This document shows, in pieces, positions 1 through 11,900 of a stretch of DNA of 64,000 bases; the stretch's first letter is position 1; the number at the start of each line of letters is the position of its first letter. Below the pieces are notes generated by a model that ran no database searches, had not been told where the DNA came from, and worked only from the letters and a program-made list of their open reading frames with translations. Origin of the DNA: Glaucostegus cemiculus (taxonomy: Eukaryota); contig CDPCPM010000037.1 in the NCBI GenBank assembly GCA_976551045.1, positions 7,998,001 through 8,062,000 on the forward strand. Reading direction: 5' to 3'. The position numbers and the translations under genes were made by a program.

Positions 1-479
1 CTCCAAGTCAAATATTCTGTGCATCCAATGAGCTAAGAATATTTTTGTACAACTACTTGTCCATTCTCCTCCATTCACTCCCCACCCCCAAGATCACGGC
101 CTTGCTCAACACCAAGGGTTGAATCACGCAATGCAGCTTTCCATGCCTAACTGCACATCTATTGATCACAGGCCTCTGACTCATCGATACCCACTCCAGA
201 TCACGAGAGGCCCTGGACTCGCTGAGCCCACAACACTGGCCCACCACTCCCAAACCCTGACCACAGCAGGCCTGGCTGTCTCCACCCAGGGCATAGCAAC
301 CCCTCAAGTGACCTTCCAGCCCTGATTGGAGATCACTGCAGAAGTGACTCCTTCCCATAGAAGGCACTGATTTCACATTCCTGATTTCACCAACTGACAT
401 CCTCCAATTCTCACCTTCAACCCTCCTATTCATCCACAACAGTCACCCACATCTCTATCCTGTGAGCCCATGGCCTTGT

Positions 480-660
480 TAGTTTTAGTTTTTAATGCTC
501 TGCACTCAAGCTACCTCAGTGGGTCTCTAGCAGCACTGAATGAACCACCACCTAGTATTCAAAGTGCCATTGTGCAACTGATGAATGCATCTTCAAAGCT
601 GATGGCCCCATTCCTATCTTGGTGTGCCATAGCACTTCCAATACTTATGAGAAGAGGTTA
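480..660 (-). mobile_element. Possible highly decayed PIF/Harbinger transposase C-terminal remnant
   Basis: Minus strand reads ttgaagatgcattc...ggcactttg(-)aatac...gtggtggtt...gtgctgc, resembling LKMRF...GALQY...VVVCC of Harbinger transposases; frameshifted and weak. Confidence 0.25.
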
Positions 661-850
661 GGCAATTTTTAAGAAGTCTATGAATTTGACAATAGGAATA
701 CCCAAAAAAAAATCTTATTGAGGGTGACTGTGGCAAATGTTTACATAGATTCTGTTTCAAAGACAAAATGACTTAAAATTTAAACAAAAGTGTTTATGAC
801 AAAAGACAAATAGTATGGAACCCATGTCCAATGGGGTTATAATGACATAC

Positions 851-2597
851 CTGATGAAAGTCCTTCACCTAGTACTCCATCTTCTGAGCCTTCTTCAGAG
901 CCCTCCTCGGGCTTGTCAGTCCCCGGACTGCGATCTTCCGCTGCTGTGATAGAGTCTATGGGCTGAGTGCCAGGTTCACTGCCATCAACTGAACTTGGTG
1001 GATTCTCCACACTTTTCCTGCCTTTCCTGTGTACTCTGGAGTGCAGCACTAATTGATGGTATGTTCTGAAGATCTTACCACACACTGTGCAGTTGGTTGG
1101 TTTATGTTTGTTCTGAGTTAATTTTGGATCAACATCCACTTCTCCCATTGGAGGTGACCCATTCTGGCCTACACTGTTGTGTTTGATCTTAGACTTTTCA
1201 AGGTTCTCCAAGGTCGTACCATGATTGCCTTTATCTACGGTCCAAGGTTCACTGGAATCCTCTTTATCAGATGATTCCTCCTCATTCTCCGAGTTTGCTA
1301 TTTGCCCTGGATCTTTCACATTCTCTCGGCCTACTGCCACTTTTCCCTTTGTGGCCAGCTGCCAAGCTTGGTAGGTATTGAAGGGATCAAGCTCAGGTAT
1401 CCATTTTCCCAATTTCACAGATTTGTTACAACTTTGTGACAAGAAAGGGCTTAAATTCAGCATCTGAAGGAATCCTTCCTGCGACAGTGCAAGTTCTGGA
1501 TTTAAGGAGTAATCTATTCGATCTGTCAAATCTTTGTTGTGAACTTTGCTATGTTCCTTTAAGCTATCTTTGTTAGGGAAAAGAAATCCACATACCATGC
1601 ACATTTTGTAGGGAGAAGTGACATTTCCCAAAATTGGCTCCTGCATAGCAACATTATTGATCGTCGCAGGACCTTCCGAGTCTTGCTGAGACTTTCCCCT
1701 GGCTTTACTTGAATGTGTCCGCATGTGGTTTTTTAGAAACCAAGGCTCTTTAAAGCGCCGGCCACATACATTACAACCATAGGTAAAGGAATCCTTGTGT
1801 TTCCTCATGTGAGTTTCCAGATTCAAAGAACTCTCACACGACAGTCCACAAACTTTACAGCTAAGCTCACCGTCATCATTTGCCTCCTGTTCTGGAGAGC
1901 TTAGAGTGATGGACCGATCTTCAACAGGGCTCAAACCTTCTTCTACTCGGAGGACTGCTGGCTCACAGAGTGTAGGCTTGTGCTGAATTATCATATGGTG
2001 ATTTAGATCTTCTAAGTGTTGAAAGCCTTTATTACAGAACAGACATGGAAGAGGTAGACACTCTTCAGCTTGGACTACGTTTCCTTCCAAGCTCTCAAGA
2101 GACAAAGTAACACCATTTACTGGTTTAACATCAATCTTAGTCACATCCGGATCATTAGGAGTGATACCATCAGACACTGTATTTGTGATATCAAAACTTA
2201 TGGGTGACAAATTGGCCTTATTCCTTCCAGTTTTTTTTCCCTGTTGTAAATGGTCTACTTTGTGCTTTCGAAGGTGAATTTTCAAATGGGCTTTCGGGGA
2301 AGTTTCATGGTCACAGAAGGGACGTTTCAATGGCTTTTTATTTGTATGCATGTCCATATGCTGTGCCAAAACACTACTAAAAGGAAAGTATTGATCACAA
2401 ATTGAACAATGGTGCTCAAATGAATTTTTTGCATCTGAAAAATCAAGCGTTGAGTTCATGTCATCTTTGACACCAGATGTTTTCATTATCACACTCTCAG
2501 TGGGTTTCACCACAAATTCATGCAGTTGGTCAGTAAACCAAGGCATAAGCTCTTCTTCAGCTGTTCTTTCCTGGTCGTCTTGATATTGTATTCTCAT
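851..2597 (-). CDS. ZNF217: Zinc finger protein 217, first coding exon (3'-partial; gene continues beyond the left edge)
   Basis: The ORF carries motifs I recognise from vertebrate ZNF217: HKPTLCEPAVLRVE, HKDSFTYGCNVCGRRFKEPWFLKNHMRTH, SPYKMCMVCGFLFPNK, LDPFNTYQAWQLATKGKVA, CGKIFRTYHQLVLHSRVH, EEGSEDG. First in-frame ATG at 2597-2595, with an in-frame stop upstream at 2636-2634. Phase-1 donor CAG|GTATGT at 851/850. The true start could be a later Met. Confidence 0.93.
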
Positions 2598-2694
2598 CAC
2601 ATTGAGACAATACAAAGCCTTAGAGTTTCGATTTCAAGCTCAAGCACTTGCTTTTGCCGGTTCCTTGTACTTACTGATGTAGATGTTTCAATTG
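2598..2694 (-). other. ZNF217: 5' UTR portion of ZNF217 exon 2 with splice acceptor
   Basis: Pyrimidine-rich acceptor ...ctctgtgttctgctttcag| on the minus strand (AG at 2696-2695), so the exon starts at 2694. Confidence 0.7.
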
Positions 2695-3522
2695 CTGAAA
2701 GCAGAACACAGAGTATTCAAAAACAGGATCAAAACTATCACTAGTTATATTGTACAAACATCTGGTTAACAATTATGCTTTATTGCTTAAAAACTTTGGA
2801 ACTACTTTTCCAACTGTATCAAAACAACACTTTCCACTGCAATATAAACGTCAGGAACATAGATTAGAAAATCTGAATCAAGTTACTTTTTATAGACCAT
2901 GGAGGGCAGCTTATCGCACAATCTGGTAAACATTCATTTCTGCAATGGCTTCTGCTGAAATGAAGACCTGTTAGTTTGACTCCATTTTTCCCTTTTGCCC
3001 TCACTGTCAAGTCTGGACTTCTGCAATTGAAATGATAAAGCAGCTTTCAGAGCCAACTGTATGTAAATGTAAAAATGTAACTTTTCTTTCACAGCATCTG
3101 TATGGTTTCCAATGCAAAAAAATACCACACAGTTAATGTCCAAGTTGTATTGCACCTCCAGAGACTTCATTCCACTAGTATTTTACCAAAAAAGCCTCAG
3201 ACAAAAAGACTTGAAGTGGGCATAACTGTGATAGATATTTACTAAACTTGCCATAAAAATCCTTTCCTATTCCAGTATAAATATTAGTAAAATGTCACAA
3301 AAGATTTAACAACTTCCAAAGAGGTTGCCCAGCTCTAAAAATTAGTTGGTGTTTTTCTCTTAAATGCCTCAATTCCTCAGCTTTTAATTATTCACTAAAA
3401 CAGTGTTCAACTTTGCAGACCAAGCACATCTTTGGAGAGAAAAAGTCTATGACCCTTCTTTAGAACTGGAAGAAACTTAACAGGCAACAGGTTATTTGTC
3501 AATACAAATAAAGGGAACAGGC

Positions 3523-3544
3523 GGGGGGGGGGGGGGGGGGGGGG
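3523..3544 (+). repeat. Poly-G run (G22)
   Basis: 22 consecutive G counted directly. Confidence 0.95.
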
Positions 3545-3599
3545 TTGGAGAATGAAGGAGGTGACTGAGTGATGATGCTGGACAGAGATAGGGAAAGAG

Positions 3600-4430
3600 G
3601 ATTTAAGAATAGACATGTTAGGTTTATTCTGATAATGCCAACAGAATTTGAATTCAGAATGTTGTGAAGTGCCAAATCAAAAGAGAAGGTGCTGTTCCTC
3701 GGGTTTACAGTGCAAAAAAACCATGTGCTAAGTCCCACCCAAGTTAACCATTGCTTCACTTGGAAGGAGTGTTTGTGGCCCTGAACAGGAGGAAAAGGGA
3801 ATAATAGCATCTCCAGTACTTGCAAGAAAAGCACGACTGTGTTCAGGATGATTGAGAGGACAGAATATTCTGAATACTAAAAAGGGAGGGAACAATGTGT
3901 TTTGTGGTGATACAACCAAGGCTGTGGAAAAGAATTCATTGAATATTGGAAGCTGATGAAATGGCAGGTGTGGGAAGACAGGGGAATGAGTGCAAGCAAA
4001 AAAATGTGCAAAATATTCAAACACAGTCCCTTTGTCAGAGCCGGTGAAGGAATCCTAGAAATGTACACTTTCAGCCACCTCATCCATGCTATCTGCAGTA
4101 AGCACACTATGTTGCATTAGGCCCATATCCCTCTACACTTTTACTATCTAAGTCCCTGTCCAAACACATTAGAAACATGGTAATTGTATCTGCATGGAAG
4201 AGCCAGAGATGCTGTTGTGCCCATTCACCATCAGCAAGCATCACCAAAGACACTATCCCTGACTTCATCATTAAACTTACTGACGGAAGCAAATCCAAGG
4301 TCTGAATGCAGTAGTAGGAAATAAAAATTAAGATCAATGCCACATCCAGAGTTTGCAAGGAAATGTTTCAGGCCAAGTTATGGAGTAGTGGAGGTGGATG
4401 ATCGAAAGGGCCAGGTGTGCAAGGGTGGTG
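3600..4430 (-). mobile_element. Decayed Penelope-like element (GIY-YIG endonuclease region)
   Basis: Minus-strand remnants VQGHKHSFQVKQ (cf. IQGPKQSFQVRQ) and KPEEQHLLF*FGT (cf. KLEEQHLIFRLGT); interrupted by a CR1 fragment at ~4107-4195. Confidence 0.6.
4107..4195 (-). mobile_element. CR1 LINE 3' fragment
   Basis: ADTITMFLMCLDRDLDSKSVEGYGPNA matches the CR1 ORF2 C-terminus seen in-window at ~55060-55140 (AGTITMFKRHLYRFMDRKGSEGYGPST). Confidence 0.75.
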
Positions 4431-6790
4431 GTTAGGGTCTCAAAAATTATATGGTTAACTTCTATGGTCAAAAATTAAAACTAGAAAATGAAACAAAGCC
4501 CAGCACCTGCAGTTTCCAAATACTGCCACTTGGTGACACTATGTGATAAAGTGCTTCAAGGAAAAACAAAGCTTTCTTCAGCACTGTTTATTGCTCTCAT
4601 AATTTCAGTTCCAAACCAGTATCAGTAAAATTAGTTCCATAGCCTTGTTAAAGTTAAAAATACACAGTCACTGCCCCTACAATAAAGTACAAACGCAAAA
4701 CACTGGATCAATGCAACTATCCAACAAGAAAAATGTTTATGAATGGGACAAGTCTATGCTAGAGCCAGGATACTGTCCAGTTGGAACAAGCTCCAGGCAG
4801 TAAATAGGCCTCAAGCAGACAATTGCTTAGAGCTCATTCCCAGTACACCTTGATGGCCACTGTTAAAGGCTTTTGTATTGTTCTTAAGTGTCTCTGATAA
4901 TACAAAACAATTAAAAAACTTAAAATACTGGTGCATAATTAAAAAACATACCAAAAAGTAAACAACATCTGACCCTGGAGAGAATAAAGGGGAATAGATT
5001 CACCATTCTTATGCCAGCCACCCCACAATGTTAATTTGAGGGCTATCCACATACTATTCTCCTCTCCAGATGTTAGTGCTCCACTGCTGGGGTCAAATGG
5101 AGAGTCCATCAGCAAAACAAGAGGTCAGGAGCAGTGGGAACTAACCTCCAGGTCATTTCAGGCTTCTTGATTGGGCCAAGCACGTATGCAAGTCCAAGAG
5201 GTCTAATCAACTCACAGCTGGCAGGTCTTAGAGAAGGGCTGTTGTCAGTCAGTTTGATTCAGCCCACTGAGTGTGGAAAGCAGAAGTTTTAACGTATATG
5301 ATACAGGAAAATAGTCCGATGTTTTCAAATATATAAAAATACACAACTGTTTAATGTATATTGACCAGACTGAGGTCTTTTAAAATATGTAACAAAAAGC
5401 CAATTAATCATTGAAAAAAATCAATGCATTTATGGAGAGACCAGGAGTATTTCAGTTTATAATATGCAAGCTGTGCTGGACATAGTTGTGTGTTTATTAC
5501 TATTTTCAGTGATTGAGAGTGAAACAAAGCTATCTCCAACTACTTCCTTGCACAACTTGCTACTTGCACTACCTCAGAAACCTAAACTCCCATGCAGCCA
5601 ATAGCAGCAGTGTAAAGCCCAATACTAAAGTTTTAGGCTATCCATTCATCACAATTATTTTTGCAGCTGTGGACTTGTTCAACTTTTGCCTTTGATGCCC
5701 TTGCCTCCAATAAAAAAAACTTTAATCTTCTACCCAATCTTCCTCTCAGTATGTAACCCACACCTTCAATTGTTGTCACTCAAGATTAAAGAGTATCTGT
5801 GTAATTGGTGGCCAGCTAGCTTAGTAGAATCTGTTCAGCCATATTTAAAATTCTACTCAGGCATGATTTCTGCCAAAACCACAAACAATTGTAAGATCAC
5901 ACTACGGAGCGACTATCTCTGGATTCCTCTGCCAATCCATATTCAAAGTCCAACGAGTTCACAAATATTTGTCAGCATGAATACTAGTAGGCCATTGGCT
6001 CTCTGGAAATCCCTTATCATTTAAAGTTGGACCAACATCACCAAGAACTACAAGCTGTTTGAATGTAAAATGCACTTTGTGTTGTTCAGCACGTGTTGGT
6101 CAGGAATTTTGTAACCAAACTATAACCACTTCTGATTATTACAGGAAGCCATAAAGACAGACCTGGTGTTTCTTTTGATGTAATTTCAAAATGGAGTCAA
6201 GAACAAAAAACAAGAAAATAGTGAGCAAACACAAGTCTGAAAAATTTATGAATATTAATTTTTAAGTAAAAGGGAAACTGCTAGTAAACAGACAATATTC
6301 ATGGGATTCCCACCCTTCCCAAATTGTGTTAATACTGCAAAAATTATTTTAAGATAAATAGGTCTTTCTAAATGTCAGGTTTCCACATTTAAAATGCGCG
6401 CTTAAAGTCTTTTCCCCAATAAATCTTTAACTTTTATCAGCAACTGAAATACTAGGTTCACAATTTGGAGTACAAAAATCCCTGGGTTCCAATTCAAAAC
6501 TATTTCCCTTTTGCAAATAACGTCATTCAGGCGAAGAACTCACACAAGTATGTTGCTACAATAACATCCACATGTTCAATAATCCTTTAGCAAAATACTA
6601 TTATCGGATTTCGAGAACAGAGAAATTCCTATCAATGTTCTTGCCACTAGTCAGGCAACAATCATCAGGATCCCACAAGGTCTCGACTAGAGTTATTTTA
6701 TATGTAGCAAACTGAAGCTTTGAGTGAACATGATAAAATACCAAAGGGCTGTGGTGGCAAAATAATCAGACACAAGTAAATCATACATAC

Positions 6791-6835
6791 TTTTAAACCA
6801 GCGTACTGTTCTACAGTGGAAAGCCAACGTGACTG
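6791..6835 (-). other. Candidate 45-nt cassette exon in the ZNF217 5' leader
   Basis: Strong polypyrimidine acceptor tctcttttttttttccccctcag|cag (NAGNAG) and donor AAA|GTATGT at 6791/6790. Confidence 0.35.
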
Positions 6836-7704
6836 CTGAGGGGGAAAAAAAAAAGAGACAAATTGCAGTAGTACTACTTGATTCATTTGTGCTGGTACTG
6901 TTGGAACCTAACTGCACACAAAGTGCTTTGTGCAGCAGGTGGTCCTTATGGATGTGCCAAGTTTACTACACAGTCCATTATTATTTTGTGCAACATACTA
7001 ATGCTGTATTTGTTTCAAAATAAGTCACTGTTCTTGCTCCAGAGTGTATATTTTGTATCTAGAAAAATACATCCACCTATTTCCATCAGAGGGATCTGGC
7101 CAGACACAGGTGATAAAACCATTATTAGGATCTTGTAAAATATCACTTTTGCAGCAAGCAGATCAGCATCAAATCTCAGCACATTAGGTTTTCATGTTAG
7201 TAGCAACTCCCTGGCAAATTGACAACATACGTCAGACCACTGGGAAGACCCAGTGTGGTTTCTGCGCCAACCAGGATAAACAAAACTGGCAAGCCTACAC
7301 ACAAGTTGTCATCCATTGTAAAAAAAAATACCATACATTGAACAAAATGGCAATGGCAAAATCTCCAACGTCAACTTACAAGTAACTGAACAACCTCAAA
7401 GCTGAAAAAGCATTGTGCAGTCTGCAAGGAATTTACTAGCAACTTTTACCTGTGATGCACATTAAAATATACACCTTTAGCAGCAGTAGATCAATTTTTT
7501 TTGTGAATCCTAAGTGAAAGCAAGCAAAAGAACTAAAATATAATTTCTAAGACTATATTGTTAGGTGGAAAATCTGCAAGAAAGAATTTCTTGTCAAATA
7601 CCTCCAGGATCAACTGTTATCTTCGTAATGACAAAACCAGATTAAAGTGTTCCTAAAGGCCAGAAAAACTGAGGCTATAAAATGATATGGGTTAAAGGTG
7701 GATA

Positions 7705-7780
7705 TTTAAAGTTAAGATCACACATCAGCCATGAATGACAGAAGAGGCTCAAGAATTAACAGGTTCCTCCTGTTCCTAAT
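7705..7780 (+). mobile_element. CR1 3' tail fragment
   Basis: atcagccatgaatg...aggctcaag...cctcctgttccta resembles the chondrichthyan CR1 3' UTR. Confidence 0.5.
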
Positions 7781-8204
7781 ATTGCTTTCACACATTTATC
7801 GTTAGAGGACGTTACATTAACCACACTTCCTGTGGCAACCTCAGAATCAATGTGCACAGTGATTATTGATAGGAAGTATTGCATAGTGTTTAACTGTTGC
7901 TGTATCATTAGCAGAAATACAAAGCCAAACTACTCTGCCCTGTACTACAAGTAGTACAGTAAGCCTACTTAATTAATTACTCACTCAGAATGAAAGCCTA
8001 TAGTGCAGTATTGTCTAATTAATTGGCCACATGGCTAATTGCATTCCTGGATTATTTTCCAGATCAGATGCCTTTGCTCATCATAATCTATTGTGCCATA
8101 AATTCAAACCTTAATCAAAAGTGAAAGACTACCAAGTTTTATAATGAGTGATAATAGATAAAGTACACTTACTTCCCATCATATCATATTCCCTTATGTC
8201 ACAG

Positions 8205-8360
8205 CCTCTGCCATTTGGCCCATCAACTCAATGCCTGCTCTCAAAGCATTCCCTTTGCCCTGCTACAACTACTCAAGCCCATTGAGTCCATCATAAAACT
8301 CCTACCACCTACACTAGAAGTAATTTATAGTAACTAATTTACCTACTAACAAGTCATTGT
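8205..8360 (-). mobile_element. Old SINE remnant (HE1/V-SINE-like, CR1-type tail)
   Basis: gccatttggcccatcaactc...cacctacactagaagtaatttatagtaactaatttaccta is homologous to the 56405-56734 copy. Confidence 0.5.
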
Positions 8361-10714
8361 GAAGCCATTACATACAGTACTCTCCAATCTGAGATATGTT
8401 GCATTTGAACCGACAGTTCTGATATTCAACATTAAAACTGTTCACTTGAGGAAATTATAGATTTGCTAAGAATGAAATTCTAACAAACCCTGTCCGCACC
8501 CACACATTTTATAAATTTAAAAAAGCCAAATGCAAGTTGGAAAGAATTCAAAAAGGATTAAAAACAAAATTTAAAGAAAACCAGCAGGACCCCATCACCA
8601 GACTGGTTTATTTTTTTCTCTACTTCAAATTATACATAAATATTGAGAAGCAGAGGATTTTGAAAGAAAATATTGCAAAAACTATACCGTTTGCTATCAC
8701 CGCATAACTGAAAATGTATGAAGAAACCAAATAAATTGACAGTCTAACAAAGTTTCAGGAAATTGCAAGGATATGCAAATAAGGACTGCCAGAGTTAATC
8801 ATTGAAAACTAAAAGAACTAACGTTATTTATCCTCCATTCAGCATATTATTTCCACACATGGCAGTGACTGTCCTGCCATTCTTTTGTTTAATCAGCTCA
8901 AGATATCATTCATTACTTGACTGTGGTGGAATGTCAAGAGAATAAAAACAGCTTTGCCACTAACCATATCAGTTGTGCAACTAGTACAGACAATTCTAAC
9001 ACAAGGATGTTAATTGATAATGTCTACAATAGACATTTTCAATTCCAGTTTATGACTAATGCTAGCTAGACAGCCTGAATAAAGTGCTAATCATTTTATC
9101 TAAATCAAGTTAGTTTGAACAGACTTCCATGATTGAGAAGATAGGCATTCTAGAACAGCACATGTGGCAATGATAAAATAGTTAGTGACAACAGAAAAGC
9201 TGCAAATGTACAAGGCTCAGAACACAAACTCTGAATTGTCTAAAATACAAGACTTTGTCCATGTGGCAGGGAGAACCTCAACGGTTAAACCTCATTTCCT
9301 CTTCATATCATTGCAAGACTACAGTAGTATATTGACCTTGAGGCATAAAAAGTGCACTTTTTGCACTTTTTGTTCTGTACAACCTCTCATAAGATGAACA
9401 AAACTTGGATTTTGTTCCTCTTTCCATTGCAACACAATTCAGAACCCATTTATAATATTCAGGAATCTGGCTGCAGTTGAGGTAATTTACAGTAACTTCT
9501 GGAGAATTTTACCCACAGATTGAGTTAAACATTTTTCATCCAACTTTACTGCTCAAAACTATTTTGAATAGAATAATTCAAATTTCCCCACCCCCTTCAT
9601 TTAAAAAGGGATCTTCCTCCCCAAGCCCTATGTTTAACTATCTGATGGCAATATTCAAATCATTCACAACAAATTTCTTCCCAAAATAAGCTGCTTCAAA
9701 TTATCTCCCTCCATTTCCATCTGGTGCACAATTTAACAGGCTCTTACAGTGCTATTTCCCAATGGCTATTGCTCATGTATTAAATTGACATGGCACAGGG
9801 AGTACTAAGCAAAACAGCTCATCTTCATCCAACATTCCCACACATTCATGAGGGAACTAAGGAGATTTGAAAAGAATAAAAAAGATATTTTCAGGGACAG
9901 CACATCTAGACTGACCAATTCATAGTAGAAGAGTGTTGAATTAGTGATACCTTTAGGACACAGATGCCATTTCATTAAACTTGTTTCACACTTTCTCTAA
10001 CATCAGACTATACGCAATGCGTTGAGTCTTACAAATAGAGGAAATGAGAGCTGAAGAAACAGTATTACAAAAAGAAAAACTAATTTCTTTAGTCCAGTTC
10101 TGTTCATTACTATTATTGGTTGCTTCCAGTGATTATTTAAAATCTCATCGAGATTTAAGTGCGTCCATTGTAAATTTGCCTCCTCTTTAGCTATTGGGCT
10201 CAAGCTTATAACAAACCCCTCCCAGCCCCACTGAACTAGCTCCTATGAAAAACTGGGCATGTTAATTTTCATCCATAAACACTATAGTCAAAGGATTTCT
10301 GATGGCTTCAAAGCAATTCCAATGCAGTACTTGAATTAATATTCTAATACTTTTGCTTAAGCATGGATGACAAATGCCTTTGATACTGTAATAAAATACT
10401 ACTGCGGGCAGCCCTATAGCATTTTTAATAGGTCCTCAGCCTCTGCAGTTCATTTTCCAGGACATGGCTTATAGCATTCAATAGAATCCTTTCTGTGATT
10501 CATCACAAGTGTAGAAACAGAAGATGAAAACAAATCACGTGGAATGGTGCCTGCTGGAAATAGAGAACATTGCACATGAAGACAGAAACCTTTTTAAAAA
10601 AAATGACATGATCTGCACATGTATTGAAGAGTTGCTTCTGCAAGTGAGGATTGTTTCTTTTAAACTTGCCTGCTGGAAACAAGAGCATAATTAGGTGGTG
10701 TATGTAATAAACCT

Positions 10715-11900
10715 GTCAAGCTTGCTCTACCATTCAGTAAGATTTTGGCTGATTGTGCACCTGAAATCTTCTTTTCCACCCAATCCTCATATCTTTTGAT
10801 TCACAGTGACCAAATAGCTGTCTATCCCAGTAACAAGTAAGCATCCACAACCTTTAGAGCTTTAGAATTCTAAAGACTTACCACCCCACGTATGAAAATA
10901 TTTTTGCTCATCTCAAATGGTCCTGCTCACCCTCCCCCCCCCCCCAACCACCCGCAAACCTCAGACATTACATAACTAGCAGCCATAATCTCTAATCTGG
11001 GGAATTTGCATCTGTCCTGTCAATCCTTCTCAGGACCTTGTATTTCACTGAGATTGCGCATCATTCTTCTGAGCTCTATTCAACATTGACCAAATGTGCA
11101 CAACTCTTATAGAACAACCCTATCATCCCAGGAAACAATCCAGCCTGGGTGCACCCATTCAGAAGCAAAACAAATCCTTTATTAGGCCAAGCAACCAAAA
11201 TTACAGTATTCCTGGTGTGTTCTCACCAAGCCATGTAAAATCACAGAAGACTTCCTTGGTTTTATACTCCACCTCTTTTGCAAAAACAACCAACATACTA
11301 TTCACCTTCCTACCTGCTCATTGTACCCGAATTAACTTTTAACATTTCATGAATTAGCACACCAAGATTCTTCTATACCCCAACATTACTTACAGCTTTT
11401 CACTTCTTCCTGCAGTGACTAACTTTGCATCTTCCCATTTTGCATTTCATCTGACACCATTTTGCTGAATCACTTTAATCCAACTGCAAACTACATTTTC
11501 ACAACTTGCTTTCCCTCCCAGCTTCACAGCCACTAAATTGGATACATAACACTTTTTTTTTCATCATTAATAATCTATAAATCACACAGGCCTCTGTATT
11601 GGTGCTTGTGACATCCCACCCACCAATCTTTAAAAAAAATGACTATTTCCAGATCTGTCCTTCAATATTACCTCCCAACACCATGAACTCCCAACAGCAG
11701 CCTTTGGTATGGAACCTTATGAACTGCCTTCTGAAAATTCAGACATGTTAACATTCACTGGCTCCCCTATCTACTAATAACGAAAACTTTACAATTTGCC
11801 AAACAATTTTTTCTCCATAATACACTGATAACAACCTAAAACATCGAATTTAGGTGCTCTATGAGCAGATATTTAATAATGGATTTTCCCTAGAAACTTC
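10715..11900 (-). mobile_element. Decayed CR1 LINE (RT C-terminus and 3' end)
   Basis: Antisense CR1-like segments such as ccattcagtaagattttggctgat, ggaaccttatgaactgccttctgaaaattcagac and catactattcaccttccta; no intact ORF. Confidence 0.6.

Noticed and set aside
851-2597. Calling the gene ZNF516 because of the N-terminal finger pair
   Set aside because: The rest of the protein carries ZNF217-specific motifs (PTLCEPAVLRVE, HKDSFTYGC, SPYKMCMVCGFLFPNK, SVDG..PGT, EGSEDG).
837-2615. ORF-track limits of the 592-aa ORF (TTG start, stop at 837)
   Set aside because: TTG is not a plausible start here, and the last residues (GMSL*) read through the splice donor at 850 into the intron.
2669-2694. TCA|GTAAGT donor 20 nt into exon 2, suggesting a micro-exon
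   Set aside because: No convincing downstream acceptor before the start codon; cannot be supported without RNA data.
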